A stretch of 63,780 nt of DNA, filler included, from Ministeria vibrans ATCC 50519 (taxonomy: Eukaryota > Protista > Filasterea), in NCBI GenBank assembly GCA_943704425.1. It is 7 parts of 7 records of this genome, joined end to end, with 100 filler letters (N's around TTAATTAATTAA, not from the genome) between each part and the next. Parts side by side here need not be neighbours in the genome. Positions count along the whole stretch, not along the records: positions 1 to 28,885 come from CALSCP010001103.1; 6 more parts are not named here. One strand, 5' to 3'. Of this stretch, positions 1-14,300 are shown one piece after another. Below the pieces are notes generated by a model. That model searched no databases, was not told the origin of the DNA, and saw only the letters and a program-made list of their open reading frames with translations. Every line of letters starts with the position of its first letter. Positions within the stretch are counted from its first letter, which is position 1. The position numbers and the translations under genes are program-made.

Positions 1-70
1 TTTTTTTGTTTTTTTTTTTTTTTTTCGTGTGTGTGTCTCACTGTTTCGAATTGCGTTTGGGTCTTTGCAG

Positions 71-195
71 CAAGTTCACGCGGAGCAGGAAGAGGAGTTC
101 ATCAGCAACACCTTACTAAAGAAGATACAGACACTCAAGCAGGAAAAGGAGCAGCTTATGTTGCAAGTTGAGCGGGAGGAGGTGAGTGAGTGAGT

Positions 196-234
<39 letters not shown>

Positions 235-315
235 GACTCCCTGACACAATCCATCACTTTCTTCTGTCTCTTGTTCTTCTGTCTTGTCTCTCTCTCATAT
301 ATCACTTTGTTACTT

Positions 316-377
<62 letters not shown>

Positions 378-1290
378 TTCTCCTCTCTATATTCAATAGG
401 AGTACCTGACCAACACACTTCAGAAGAAACTCAACCTGGTGCTGCGGGAAAAGACCGACTTGGAAACGAGTCTTGTCGAAGAGGAGCAACTCTTGTCGAC
501 GCTGCAGACGGACCTTGACCTTGCAAGAACAGAAACTGACAAGCTCAAGGTACCGTGGGGGAGGGTTGCTTTTGCAGGCGTGTGTGGGTGAGATGGCTCG
601 ACTGTGCCTGACTGTTTCGTAGGGAGTACTCGAAGCGACACTAGAAGACCAAAAGAAGCTCAAGGAGGAAAACTTGCGACTGAGACAGCGCATTCAACGG
701 GAAAAGGAACGAGCGGACGGTCTTGCAACGGAGCGGGCGCAACAAGAATATGCTCACGATATTGAAGAAGAACGGTCTCCAAAAAAAAAAAAAAAAAAAA
801 CGCAATTTGATCATTTTCTTATTGCAGGAAGTATAACCAACTGGCGGACCAACTGGACGCGAGTCACTCGTCACGGTCGTCCATCTCGCTCCACTCATCA
901 TCATCACACACCATCTCAACACCCTTACAGATCACCACACCAACGTTCGCTACGTCGGCAACCTCGCTCGCAACCCCCACAGGCGCTGGAGCGCCCCTTA
1001 GCAACAGCTACACTGCACCCAGTAGCTTTGACTTGTTCATCAGCACAGCTGCACATCCTTCCTCTGCCTGCTCACCAACATCACCCTCCACGCGCACCCA
1101 CCGCCGCACTGCCAGTAGCGGTGGCGGTGGCACCACTCCCCTTACTTCCGCCGCTGCCCTCACTGCTGCCGCTGCCTCATCCTCCGCCACTGAGCCCTGG
1201 TGGGCCAAACGCTCGCCTCAGACTGGCAGTCCCTCTTCCTCTCTCTCTTCCTCTCTCTCCAATTCTTCTCTCTCAACCACCGCACGGTAA
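71..1290 (+). CDS. CCDC6: CCDC6-like coiled-coil protein (5'-partial, 4 visible exons)
   Basis: Exons ~71-181, 400-549, 623-774 and 828-1290 splice to QVHAEQEEEFISNTLLKKIQTLKQEKEQ...EEEYLTNTLQKKL, matching the CCDC6/H4 signature AEQEEEFISNTL.KKIQ.L..EKE. A Ser/Thr-rich tail follows; stop TAA at 1288-1290. Confidence 0.8.
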
Positions 1291-1510
1291 TCACACACAC
1301 ACACACGCTTCTACCCTAACCCCCGTTCAAACAACCCACAGTACAATTGGCGATACAGGGATTCCACCGGGAGTGTTAAAAGACAATCCACGATGAGAGA
1401 AAAAAAATAGAAAAAATAAACAAAAGAAAAAAAATGTTCAATTAGAAGAAAAAATGTGTTGAAGAGAGAAGAGAGATCTTGTGTGTGAGGTTGTTTCTTG
1501 TTTGACCGAA

Positions 1511-2746
<1,236 letters not shown>

Positions 2747-3085
2747 TCAAAAACAGATAAACTAAAATTGAGCTGATTCCAACTAGATTCACAACGGATA
2801 GCACACCCTGCAGGTCGCCCGACAAAATCGTAAAAAATATAATAATAATAACACTAACAATAACACACAATCATACAATGTGACAACACATTCGGTCGAG
2901 TCCCATCCGCTCTCCTCAGCGGCACACGCCCCTCGCCCCACACACACACACACCCGCACCTGCCCTTTTCCATGACCGCCATCACCCCCACCCACACGCA
3001 GACAGCCCCAAACGGTCGCATTGGCCGTCAAATGCGCAAAACATGTTTTTTTTTTTTTTTTTTTTTTTTTTAGACACGAAACACA

Positions 3086-3213
3086 CTGGTTGCGTTTGCT
3101 GTGCCGCTCCCCGGCACCCTAAGCCGCCATCAACCGCGCCATAAGGACGAACCCCCCGCCTTGCGACCCGTATGCCAGCGACACCCGCCAGCTTCACCTG
3201 TACGCTGAGCCAG
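3086..3213 (-). ncRNA. Candidate structured RNA element of unknown family in a putative Rab11 5'-UTR intron
   Basis: Hand-folded nested helices with GCAA and UUCG tetraloops and a perfect GUGCCG/CGGCAC hairpin. Lies between a strong minus-strand donor (CAG|GTAAGG at 3480) and a candidate acceptor at ~2808. Confidence 0.35.
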
Positions 3214-4380
3214 AGAGACAAACACGGAACCAAAGATTTTTTTTTGTCCTGTGTTCATTTTTTTTGCCCTCATCCCGTCCAAATCTCCCCGCAATCCCCA
3301 ATATTACACGCTGATGCACTCAACAAGCGCCCATCATCAGCAAGAGTGACCCTCACAAAGCACAAATCGATCGTTTTTTTTCTCTCTCTCTCTCTCTTTC
3401 TCTCTTTCTCTCTGTTCATTCCCAATCATATCGATCGTCCGCAACAAGAAGAAACAACCCAATGTGGGGGATTTCCTTACCTGTTGACGACGACCCCACA
3501 CTGCTGCTACAAAATACTGATGAATAAATGTTAAACTGAATAAATTTACCTCACTTTAAAGTTAATTGTCAATTGTCAGCTGCCAAGCAAACATCAAAGT
3601 ACAATGAGGTTTTGCTTTTGTCTTATCGTCTTTGATCCGATCCGAGCATGATTAGAGCAGTGAGAAGGAATCATCAAAATCGATTTTAGTCATTGATCCT
3701 ATGGAAACGAAACTGATCGATCATTCGATCTCTTTTTTTGTCTTTTTTTTGGTACACCCCTATAGATTGGTATCTCCCGTCGACTCACCTCTCCTTCTTT
3801 CGCAGACTGCTGTTTGCTTGTATCCTCACTGGTTCCCGTTTGGTTTGAGCCGGTACGTTTCTCGCTCTGCTCTCCTCTCCCTCCAGCGCCCTCGCACCCC
3901 CGCCCCCGCTATGCACCTTGCCCATACTTCCCTTCATCGCTCTCCTCCCTCTTCTCTCTCCCTTCTTCTTCTTCTTTTCTTTTCTTTTTTTTTTTTTTTT
4001 TNNNNNNNNNNCCCTTCTTCTTCTTCTTTTCTTTTCTTTTTTTTTTTTTTTGTGCTCACGTCGTTTGAAAGAATCCTCGTGTCGTCCTTAAACGGCCTTT
4101 ACCGGCACTCCGCCTGCGCCACACCCACTCCCATGCCTCGTCTTAAACGCCCCCTTGTTGCAAGACAAGCTCTTTTATAGCCCATTCAATGAGAGAAGAG
4201 TCAAAAAGCCAAAAAAAAAAAAAACTCATTGTGTGTGTCTCTCTCTGTCTGATCCTCTCCTCTTCACTCAACCCCCCTAACTAACACCCCCGGCGTTCTT
4301 TGTGTGTCGTGCAGAGGTCTTTGTTCACAGAGTTTATCAACTAGCAAACGTTCACTTTCCGTCTCATCAATCTCATTGCA

Positions 4381-5166
4381 ATGGGTGCCTACAAGTACAT
4401 TCAGGAGCTGTGGAAGCACAAGCAGTCCGACGTGATGCGTTTCATCCTCCGTGTCCGCACCTGGCAGTTCCGGTACGCTCCACATTCCTTAGAAACGCCA
4501 CAAACCCAATCTTATTATTTTTCCTTTTTCCTTTTTTTTCCCCCCACAGTCAGCTGAACACTGTCCACCGCTGCCCGCGCCCCACCAACCCGGCCAAGGC
4601 TCGCATGCTCGGCTACAAGGCCAAGCAGGTATACGACAAGCCTCTCTCTCTCTCTCAAACTCAAAGTCAAACTAACTCTCTCACTCTCTCTTATTTGACA
4701 CCAACTGACTTTTCTTCACCCTTAGGGATACGTCATCTACCGCATCCGTGTGCGCCGTGGAGGCCGCAAGCGCCCTGTCGCCAAGGGTATCACCTACGGC
4801 AAGCCCGGCGGTGAGGGTATCAACCAGCTGAAGAACCAGCGTGGCCACCGTGCCATCGCCGAGGCGCGTGCCGAGCGTGCTCTGGGCGGTCTCCGTGTGC
4901 TCAACTCGTACTGGGTTGCACAGGACTCGTCCTTCAAGTTCTTCGAGGTCATCCTCGTCGACCCCATGCACAAGGCTATCCGCCGCGATGCCCGCATCAA
5001 CTGGATCTGCGCCGCTGCCCACAAGAACCGCGCCCAGCGTGGCCTCACCGCCGGCGCCAAGCGCTCGCGTGGCCTCGGTAAGAACCACGGCTCGACCAAG
5101 AACGCCCCGTCCCGCCGTGGCAACTGGAAGCGCCGCAACACCCTCAGCCTCCGCCGCTACCGTTAG
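4381..5166 (+). CDS. RPL15: 60S ribosomal protein L15 (eL15), 3 exons
   Basis: [31 protein letters not shown]|[26 protein letters not shown]|[18 protein letters not shown]...NTLSLRRYR*. Introns 4473-4549 and 4629-4725. Confidence 0.97.
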
Positions 5167-5404
5167 ATGCAATGAAGAGAAAAGGTCTCTGTGCAGTCTT
5201 TTTTTTATCCTTCTCAGACCTAAACTTGTTCAGAATTCGATGATTGTGTATCTTATTCACTATTCAGTGGATCTATGGGCTTCTTTCAAGATATTATCGT
5301 CTAGAAGCGTACGGCGGAAGTATTTACAAAGTTTGTTTTGCCATCGAGAATTCGAGATCAATATTAATTTACATTATTTATTTACTATTAATTTTCATTT
5401 CAAC

Positions 5405-5901
5405 ATGTTTGAGAGCGTGGTGACGGGCCTGCTGAACAAGTACCTGTCCAAATATGTGGCAGACCTCGACGCAAATACCCTCAAGCTGTCCATGTGGGGC
5501 GGCGACGTCGTCCTCAAGCACCTGCGCCTTCGCCCCGGCGCCCTCGACGACCTCGAACTGCCCGTCTCCGTCGTCTCCGGCTACATCGGCTCGCTGAGTC
5601 TCAAGATCCCCTGGAAGGATCTCTTCTCCAAGCAAGTTGTCGTCGAGATCGACGAAATCTTCGCTGTCTGTCGTCCCGACACCACTGTAAGTTCGCGCTC
5701 GCCTCTTGTTGTTTACACACACGCGCGCTCTCCTCTCCTCTCCTGCGCCCTCCCGCTCCGCCTCTGCCACTCCCACCCGACACCCACGCCATCTTTCCCT
5801 TTCCCTCATCCCGTTGCATTCCACCCCAATGTCTCCCTGTGTTGTCCACGCGTGTGGGAATTTTTTTTTGGTTGACGTACTTTTTCCTAACTTCTCTTCT
5901 T

Positions 5902-5973
<72 letters not shown>

Positions 5974-8900
5974 CAGGTACGTCCTTATAACGCGGCGCAG
6001 GAGCAATCCAAGGCGACGGCAGCCAAGAAGAAGCGTGTGGGCGAGTATGAGGCGGCCAAGAGCGTGCGCCAGAAGAAGGCGGACGAGGAACGACGCAGCA
6101 AAGGGAAAGGGGCGGCGGCGGCTGACGCGGCCAGCGCCTCTTTCAAAGAGAAACTCGCCGCCAAAATCGTCAACAACGTTCAGATCCGCATTGGCGCCAT
6201 CCACATACGTTACGAGGACGCTCACACAGACACACGCGGAGCGCGCTACGCCGTGGGCGTCACACTGCGCCGTCTCGCCGTCCAGAGCGTCAACGGCAAG
6301 TGGGAGCCCGCCTTCATCGAGGGAAACCCTCCCATCACACAGAAGCTGTTGCAGCTTGACTCGCTCGCCGTCTACTGGGACGTTTCGCCATCGTTATCGC
6401 TCTTCTCGCCTCTAGCCGACCAGCTTGCCGCAATCTCCGCGTCCTCCTCCAAAACAGCCAAACGCGACGCAGAGGCCATCGTCGATCGCATCAACGACAA
6501 ACTCCGCCCCATGGTGGTCTCGCTCGACGATCTCGAACGCGGCTTTGTCGCTTCCCCACCCACATATATATTGGCTCCCGTCGTTGCCGAGGCTCGCCTC
6601 GTCCTCAATAGCCGTCCTGCCGAGAACCTCACTGTCCCTAAAGCGTCTGCCACTCTCGCCATGCGCGCCGTCAACGTCCAGCTTATGGCACCCCAGTACC
6701 GCGCTCTCACCCTCACCGCCGACACATTTGTCCGTCTCGGCCGTTGCGCTCGAACTCGACGCTGGAACCCACGCGCACAGCCTGCCCTGGGCTCGCGCGT
6801 CTCACCTCGCACTCACCCGCGTCTCTTCTGGCGCTACGCCATCGACGTCACCCTACACACCGTCCGCGAACGCCTTCACCGCGCCCTCTGGAGCACCGTC
6901 CTCGACAAGTGCCGTGCCCGTCGCGACTACACTGCCGTCTACGAACCGTACGCGCGCAGTGTTCTCCTCGCCCAAAAGACCCAAATCGCCGCGCGTCTCA
7001 AGGCTCTGGAGACCCTCGAGACCGCGTACTCCGCAGACGAAATCATCACCTTTCGCGAACTTGTCGACGATCGCCTTGCGCGCGACTCACACCTCATGGC
7101 ACAGCGTGACCAGCAGCACCACAAGGCCAGCAAGGGGTGGTTTTCGGGCATCACTAGCTGGTGGGGTGGAGGGAACTACACTGCAGAGGACGACGAGAGT
7201 AATGAGGAGGAGGGGGGCAGACGAGAAGGAGGGGGCAGCTCGGGGAACGATGACACTCTCATGCTGGGTCTTACTGCTGCGGAAATGGAAGAGCTGAAAC
7301 GGGGTGTAGGGGTCGATGATGATGGTGATGGTAGGGGGGGGAGTAGTGCGGCTGTCGCGGCGGCACGACGTGGACTCCCGATGGACTATGTCGGTATCAA
7401 GGTGCACGCCCACTTTGACGCCTTTCGTCTGTGTTTGCGCTCGGAACCATCAAATGCACGTGACTCGTCTACCGCGCATGATATTGTCGTGAGCACCATG
7501 TCGCATCTTGAGGTTGACGTGCGTCTGTTGCCCACTCCCGACTCGCTCCAGGCAGACGTCTCCTTGCGCGACCTCAGTGTCGTTGGTGCTACCAATGCCG
7601 CTGCCCAACACTCCGTGTCTCTTCTGCGTGCCGTTCAGTCACAAAGTGTTCCCAACCTACCCTCATTTACAGCAGGCTCTTCTCCAACGTCGCTCTCTCC
7701 CCCTCTTTTCTCCCTTGAGTTTGTCTCCAAACCACAGTATGTTGAGGCAGACTCGGCCGTCTCGTTGCGCCTGGAGCCTACCGAGATCACTGTCGACGCG
7801 CCCGTCCTCGCCGGTATTGTTGACTTCTTTCGCGTGCGTGAACGTGTCGCTCTCGACGAGCTTGCCGCGGCCGCTGCGTCTTCCTACGAAGGCCTCAAGG
7901 AGCAAACGTCGGCCGGTCTGGCCTACGCCGTCGAGACCCACAAGACCCTTTCACTGGACATTTGTCTTTCCGCGCCCCGCTTTCTCATTCCCGAACACGG
8001 CCGTCCACTCTCTCTTGACAGCGGTAGTAGTATTAGTAGTAGTAGTAGTGGTGGTGGTGGTGGTGGTGGTGGTGGTGCGCTCCTGGTGGCCGACCTGGGC
8101 TGTCTCACGATCAAGAGTGAGCTTGCGCCAAAGAATGCCGTTGAGCTTGCCGCCCAGGATTCAGCGCGGCTCAAAGAACTCGCCTACGACAAGTTCAACG
8201 TGCGTCTTCAGGACGTCCAGTTACTCCTTGTCCACGGTGAGCTCGCTCAAAACTTTGCATGGCGCTCTCTTCTTCTCAGTGGCGAGGAAGCAGCGGCAGC
8301 AGCAATAGCAACAGCACCAAGAGCAAAGGCAAAGACAGACCCAAATGGCACAGATGAGACCACCGCCGCCGCCACCACCGCTACACACGACACTTCACAT
8401 CATCTCTTGTGTCCATTTGCCATTGACGTGCGGGCCCAGCAGTGCATTCAGGCCGACAATCCCGAACTCGAGCGTCTCATTGTCTCGGGTGCCCTCCCTC
8501 GACTCGCCATTGCCATCTCCGACCGCCAAATTGGTCTTCTCATGACTCTCCTCGCCTCCCTCTCCAAAGCCTCAGCTGCCTTTGAAGACGCCCAAGCAAC
8601 GCCCGGCAATACGAATGATGCGGCGTCGACGCTCACTCAAACAGCAAAGAAGAGAGTTGCAGCCGCTAAGCAGCCCCCCGTCACTATTAGTAGAAGTACC
8701 ACTTCTGCCATGAATGTTCCCATCACAGGCAACGATGACGACAACGACGACGACGACGACGATGTCTTCTACTCGGCCTCGGAGGATCTTGAGGCGTCTG
8801 TTGCATCAGTCAACAAGGTGGCCCAGCAAGACGTGGACGCTGTCGACGAGTACGGTCTCACTGCCGCGCAGCGTCTCCTCTGTCGCAACGTCAAATTTCG

Positions 8901-11304
8901 CGGCACTTTTGTCATTGGCGAGCTCTCCATTGCGGTGAATCGGTCGCAGCTCACCGCAGATGTTCCCATGATGCTTTTGTCTCTGATGCACGTTCATGCG
9001 TCTGTGTGCCAACGCACCTTTGACACGAGCATCACGGCGGCCATTGCAGGCTTTGCCATCTATGACTGTGTCGTCAAGCACGCCATCATGCCCGACGGCT
9101 CGCGTCCCTTTGTGCTACTCGCTGGTAATATGAACCCTGCGGCGGACGACGAACACTTGTTGTCGGCCGAGCTCACGTTGGTCGATGCGGCGTCGCCTGA
9201 GCTGCCCAAGCGCCACAAGGGTGTCTCCACCGCCGTTGAGGTTTCACTGGGCGTGGTGCGTATTCAGGTGCGACAACGCACCATCACTCGGTTGCTTGAC
9301 TGGTCGTCGCATGAGCTGCCCAAGGCTCTGGCCCAAGGCAAGACGGACGACGATAACAACAACAACAACAACAACAACGATGGGGGTGACAGTGAGGCTC
9401 AATCGGTAGATGCTGCTGAGGCGGATGCGCAGGTCAAGAGCAAGGCAAACGGGGGTGAGACGCGCATTCGGGCGTCGTTTTCGCTGCTGCAGATTGTGCT
9501 GACAAATCGTCGACAGGACATTGCGCGCGTGTTGGTGAGCGATGTGAAAGCAACCGTGTCACAGACGCCCGAACGACTGCACGTTGCGACGACCCTAGGC
9601 AAGTTTGCTCTTGATGATGAGACACCACTCGGCAGGAAACACCACGCGCATGTGGTGAGCACCAGTGGCAACGAGGCCCTCAACATTGTGTTCACGCAGT
9701 GGGCGCACGGCGAGGACCATGCGTGTGATCTGGACGTGCGTCTTCACGCGAGTGGTCTCGTCATCACTTTTGTGCGCCGCTTCATTGACGAACTTGCCTT
9801 GTACGCGACGGCGTTCCAGAAGCGTTTAGAGCGCCTCGAGGGAGCCCGTGTGGCGGCTGTCGAGGCGGCGCGCGACGCTGCCAGCGACGCATCCAAAAGC
9901 GCCGCGCGTGTGCATCTTGACGTGCATATTAAGGCGCCGCTCATTGTGGTGCCCCGCAGTGCCAAGAGCCACGACTGTCTGCTCGTCGACTTGGGTATGA
10001 TCCGATTGGAGAATTCCTTCTTCAACGCACGCATGGGTCGCCCCGGTGCGCCTGTGTACACGGACAATCTGGTGGTCACTCTTACCGCTGTGCAACTTCA
10101 CGTCGAGACTCAATCGATCAAGTCATCGTCACTTCTTAACGGTCTTGACGTCACCGTGCGCATCAGCCGCCCGCTCTTTGACCCGCTTGTCGTTGGTATG
10201 CCCACCCACGACGCACTCACGGAAATCTCGGTTGGTCTTGGCAAGGTTGCGCTTGTGCTCACCCGCAATCACTACCACTTTCTCATGGCCATTAATGCCG
10301 AGAACATTGGGGCGCCCAGCGAGGGCGACAAGAAAGACAAGCAAAGCGCCGCTGGTGGAGGGAAAGAGACAGTTGCTCTTGAGGAGACTGTTCACGAGGA
10401 ACGTGACGCAAGTGGTTCTGAACCGGCTGAGAGTGCACCAATCGAAGCGGAAGCGAACGCGGATGAGAGCCAAGTTAAGAAGAAGAAAAAGAAGAAGAAG
10501 GCAACGGCCAAGGGTTCAGTGTCACAGTCGCAGTCATCTGCCATGCAACCGTACGCGACCATGCGCATTCGCGTTCAGCTTGACTCTATTGTCATTGAGC
10601 TGCGCGAGCACCTCTCGTCTCCTTTGACCAGTCTCTCGCTGCGACGACTGCACCTGAAGATGACAGGCATGTCGGACCAGGTCACCACCATGAGCATGAG
10701 TCTGTTTGCCATCGACATTGAGGACACGCGTCTTCAGTGTCAGAGTCGCTTTCGCAAGATCTTTTCCCACGCTTCGGGGGTTGCAGAGGTACCTGATACG
10801 GTCTCTTCTTTGGCCCCCGAGCCCACTGCGACCGCAGCCATGCCTGCTCTTCCGGCACACATGCAGCAACACATGCAACGGCAACCGTCGCTTGTGTCGA
10901 CTGCCAGCTCAGATGTGTTTCAGGATGCACTTGAGGACCTCGAAGAGGTGCCCACCGTCGCCGGCATGGGCTTTGAGGACAGCACTATCCTAGGCCTTCT
11001 GCCTTCGTCGACCGAGCGCTCACTTATTGTGCTGCGACTGGTGCAGTCTGCCGCCGACACCAATGTGTTTGTGTCCGTGTACAAGGTGCGCGCTGCATTT
11101 TATGGCGACTATCTTGGCGGTCTGTTAGCGTACATCACGCCCGATAAGCCTGACGACGACGAAGACGACGAAGAGGAAGAGGACGTGGGGACAGGAGATG
11201 CAGTGGTGCCCAAGGACGAGGAGACGCTGGAGCGGAAGGAGGAACGTGCAAAGCGTAAGAGGGAGAAGCGTGAACGCAAACGCAAAGAGCGCGCGGCACA
11301 AGAA

Positions 11305-11351
<47 letters not shown>

Positions 11352-14300
11352 CGCTGCTGAGCGAGAGTCACGAGCACGTAGCATGAGTCAAACCAGCACT
11401 AAGACAGAGGAGGGAGAGGAGGACGAGGAGGATGAGGATGACAATGGGAGCGCCTTCAAGTTGCAACTACTCGTCGAGGATCCCGAAGTGGTGCTATTGG
11501 CGAATCATCAGGACCGCAACACGCACGCACTGAGTGCCGCGCTAGATTTGAACTTGTCCCTTTCGCAGGCCCACTCGCAGACCAATCTGGACGTACAACT
11601 GTGCAACCTGCGTATGATCTCGTGCAATCTGGCGACGCGAGCCACTAGCGAGTCGCAAGTAATCAAGCCGTGCGACATCCACGCCTGGTTCCAGATGGTC
11701 CCTTCACCCATGTCCGGCGGCGTCGACGTCACCGACGTGATCATTCACATTGCCTACCAGGACATCAAGACAGCCCTGGTGATTCTCAATGCCATGTCCA
11801 AGGCAACAGCGCTGGCCAAAGAAGACGCCGGCAGCGATGGCGACGACAGCGAAGACGAAGATGCACTGGAGGCACGCACAGCTGCTCCATTGCGCCTTGG
11901 CTACTACGACTGTCCACAGCCACTCGACGATGACCATTGGTACTTGCGTGACGAGGACGAGGCGGAGGAGTTGTTGCGCAGGCAACGCGAAGAGATTGCT
12001 GCTGCGGCTGCCGAAGCAGAGGCCAAGGGCAAGGAGTTAGAGGGCACCAACGACTATGACAACAACAACAACGACGACGACGACAGCGACGCAGAGAATA
12101 ATCGCGAGCGACTGAAGAATGTCGGGTCTGCGTACATTACTGATCGACTTCGCGTGCAAATGGACCACGTGAGTGTGACGGTGGTCGACGACTGTGGCAA
12201 CCGAAATGTGCCTTTGTTGGCTCTCAACTGTAGTGTGGCACTCTCTGTGGCAGGGGACTCTGCGGACAAGGAGGGCATGAAGGTGTGTGGAATGTTCTCG
12301 ATGCGGGCGCTCACCTACAACGACATTGCGGGTGAGTGGGAGCCATTGATTGAGCCGGTGACAGGCGCACGCGGTGCCGTGGTGCCGTGGACCATTGGCA
12401 TTGATGCGCTGATGGTGCCCGAAGCAGACGAGTCGACGGCTGGCATGACCGTGAACATTGAGGCGGAGCACTGTCTCGAGGTGACGCTCACCCATCGCTC
12501 TCTGTCTAACATTCTCGAGGCACTGGCGGAGTGGCAGAAGGATCTGGCTGTGACACTGGAGCAGCGTGGCGAGAACAAGGGACGCGAGCGTTACGCGCCG
12601 TACGTGCTGCACAACGAGTGTGGCTGTGACTTGGTGCTACGTCTGCCCACTGCGAGTGTGGTCGAAGCCGAGGAGGACCAAGAGGTGACGCAATCGCGTG
12701 AGCTCGAACGCGACCTCGACGAAGAGGTGACCACTCGATTGCAGCGTGCCCCGTCGCAGCGATTCAACTTGCCCGTGTCGTTACTGCACAAAAAGGGAGG
12801 TGTCGGTGGTGGTGCAGAGACGAGCAAGGCAAAGGGCAAGTCACCGCGTGGTTGGACGAGTCACGCGCAGGCGCAGGCGCAGGCTTCGTCCAGCGAGCAG
12901 CGTTTTGTGAGTGTGCCTCTACCGCCGGGTGGTAGCAAACGATTTGTGATGAGTCTTGGTCAGGAGCGCACAGTTGATTGGCGCACCACCGGGCTTAGCA
13001 TGGGTCCGCGCTCGTCGCAGTCAACGGGTGCAGCGCAGTTTGACGACCAGGCAGCGCGAGCGATTGTGATGATCAATGGTTGGGAGGCGCTTTCGCCGCG
13101 GGTGCCACTGTCGCGCGTGGGTCACTACGTGCGTCATGTGCGACCGGCAGTGCAACCGGCACCGGACGAGCCGCGACGGTCGGACACGGTGCGCGTGTGT
13201 GTTGATGTGGAGCAACAGCACGGCACCAAGACAGTGACGGTGCGCAGCGGACTGCGCGTGTGCAATCGTACGTCTGTCCCCCTTGACGTTGCGTACGAGT
13301 TGTGCAAGGCAATGGGTGCGCGCCCCGAGTACCTCACGACAGTGGAGCCGGGCGAGACGTACGCCGTGCCGCTGCTGGTGGCCTACCACGCACGACTGCG
13401 TTTCCGTCCCGCCGGCTATGCCTACGCGTGGAGCAACGAGCGCATGAGCTGGGTCATGGCGGAAGTAAGTCCCACACGTAGCATCCGGTGTGAGAGTCTC
13501 ATTACCGAGGCGGACTTTGATACCCAGTCGCACGACGGAAGCTGGAACAGCAGCAGTGGTTCGCAAAGTGGCGATGAGGAGGAGGACAACAGCGATAGGG
13601 AAAGCGATGGGAGCGACGATGATTTTGTGCGAGAGGACGGTGTGCGTGTCACCTACCCGTTCATGTTGCGTCTGGCCGTGACTGCGGGTCGAATGGCACG
13701 CGTCACCCCCAATCTGCACCAGCCACATCCCGACCATGTGTACACGCTGTATGCGCCGCTCGTGCTGCACAATTGGCTTGCCGAGCCGATGCGCTTTGCA
13801 CTGGTGGATCCCAAGCGACACTGGCGCAAGGAGAGCCGCACAGCGGTCGAGGCGGGTGCACAGCTGCACGTGTACGAGTGTGCACTTGAGAATGGCATGG
13901 AATTCTCGGTGAAGTTGCAGGGTCACGAGTGGTCGACGGGGGTGCCGCTGGACACGGGCACGCAGCTGACGTGTGCCAAGACGGGCGAGGAGTCGACGCG
14001 TCGGTTGGCACTGAGCCTGCTGATGGACAACACGGCGACGGCCGGCTGTGCCTGGTCGCGCACGGTGCGAGTGTACGTGCCCTTTTGGATTGCCAACCGC
14101 ACGTCGCTGCCTCTGCTCTTCTGTGACCAGGCGCGTCCCGACGAGACACGTCGACAGGTGCTGCCACACACGGTGAGCATGTTTTCGTATCACACTGCTG
14201 GCAACCTTGCCTCGCGTGTATTCAGTGCGGTGACGAAGAATCGTGCGACAGTGCAGGTACGCGACAGTCGTCATTCGGAGCCGTTCCCGCTCGACACGGT

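Noticed and set aside
3095-3125. SRP helix-8-like AGG...AGCA, or telomerase-template-like ACCCTAA
   Set aside because: Stem length and loop do not fit SRP, and no Alu domain is seen. The template-like stretch is too short.
5494-5976. N-terminal ~160 aa of the 4050-aa ORF
   Set aside because: Out-of-frame read-through of VPS13 exon 1 plus intron; the real start is 5405 in another frame.
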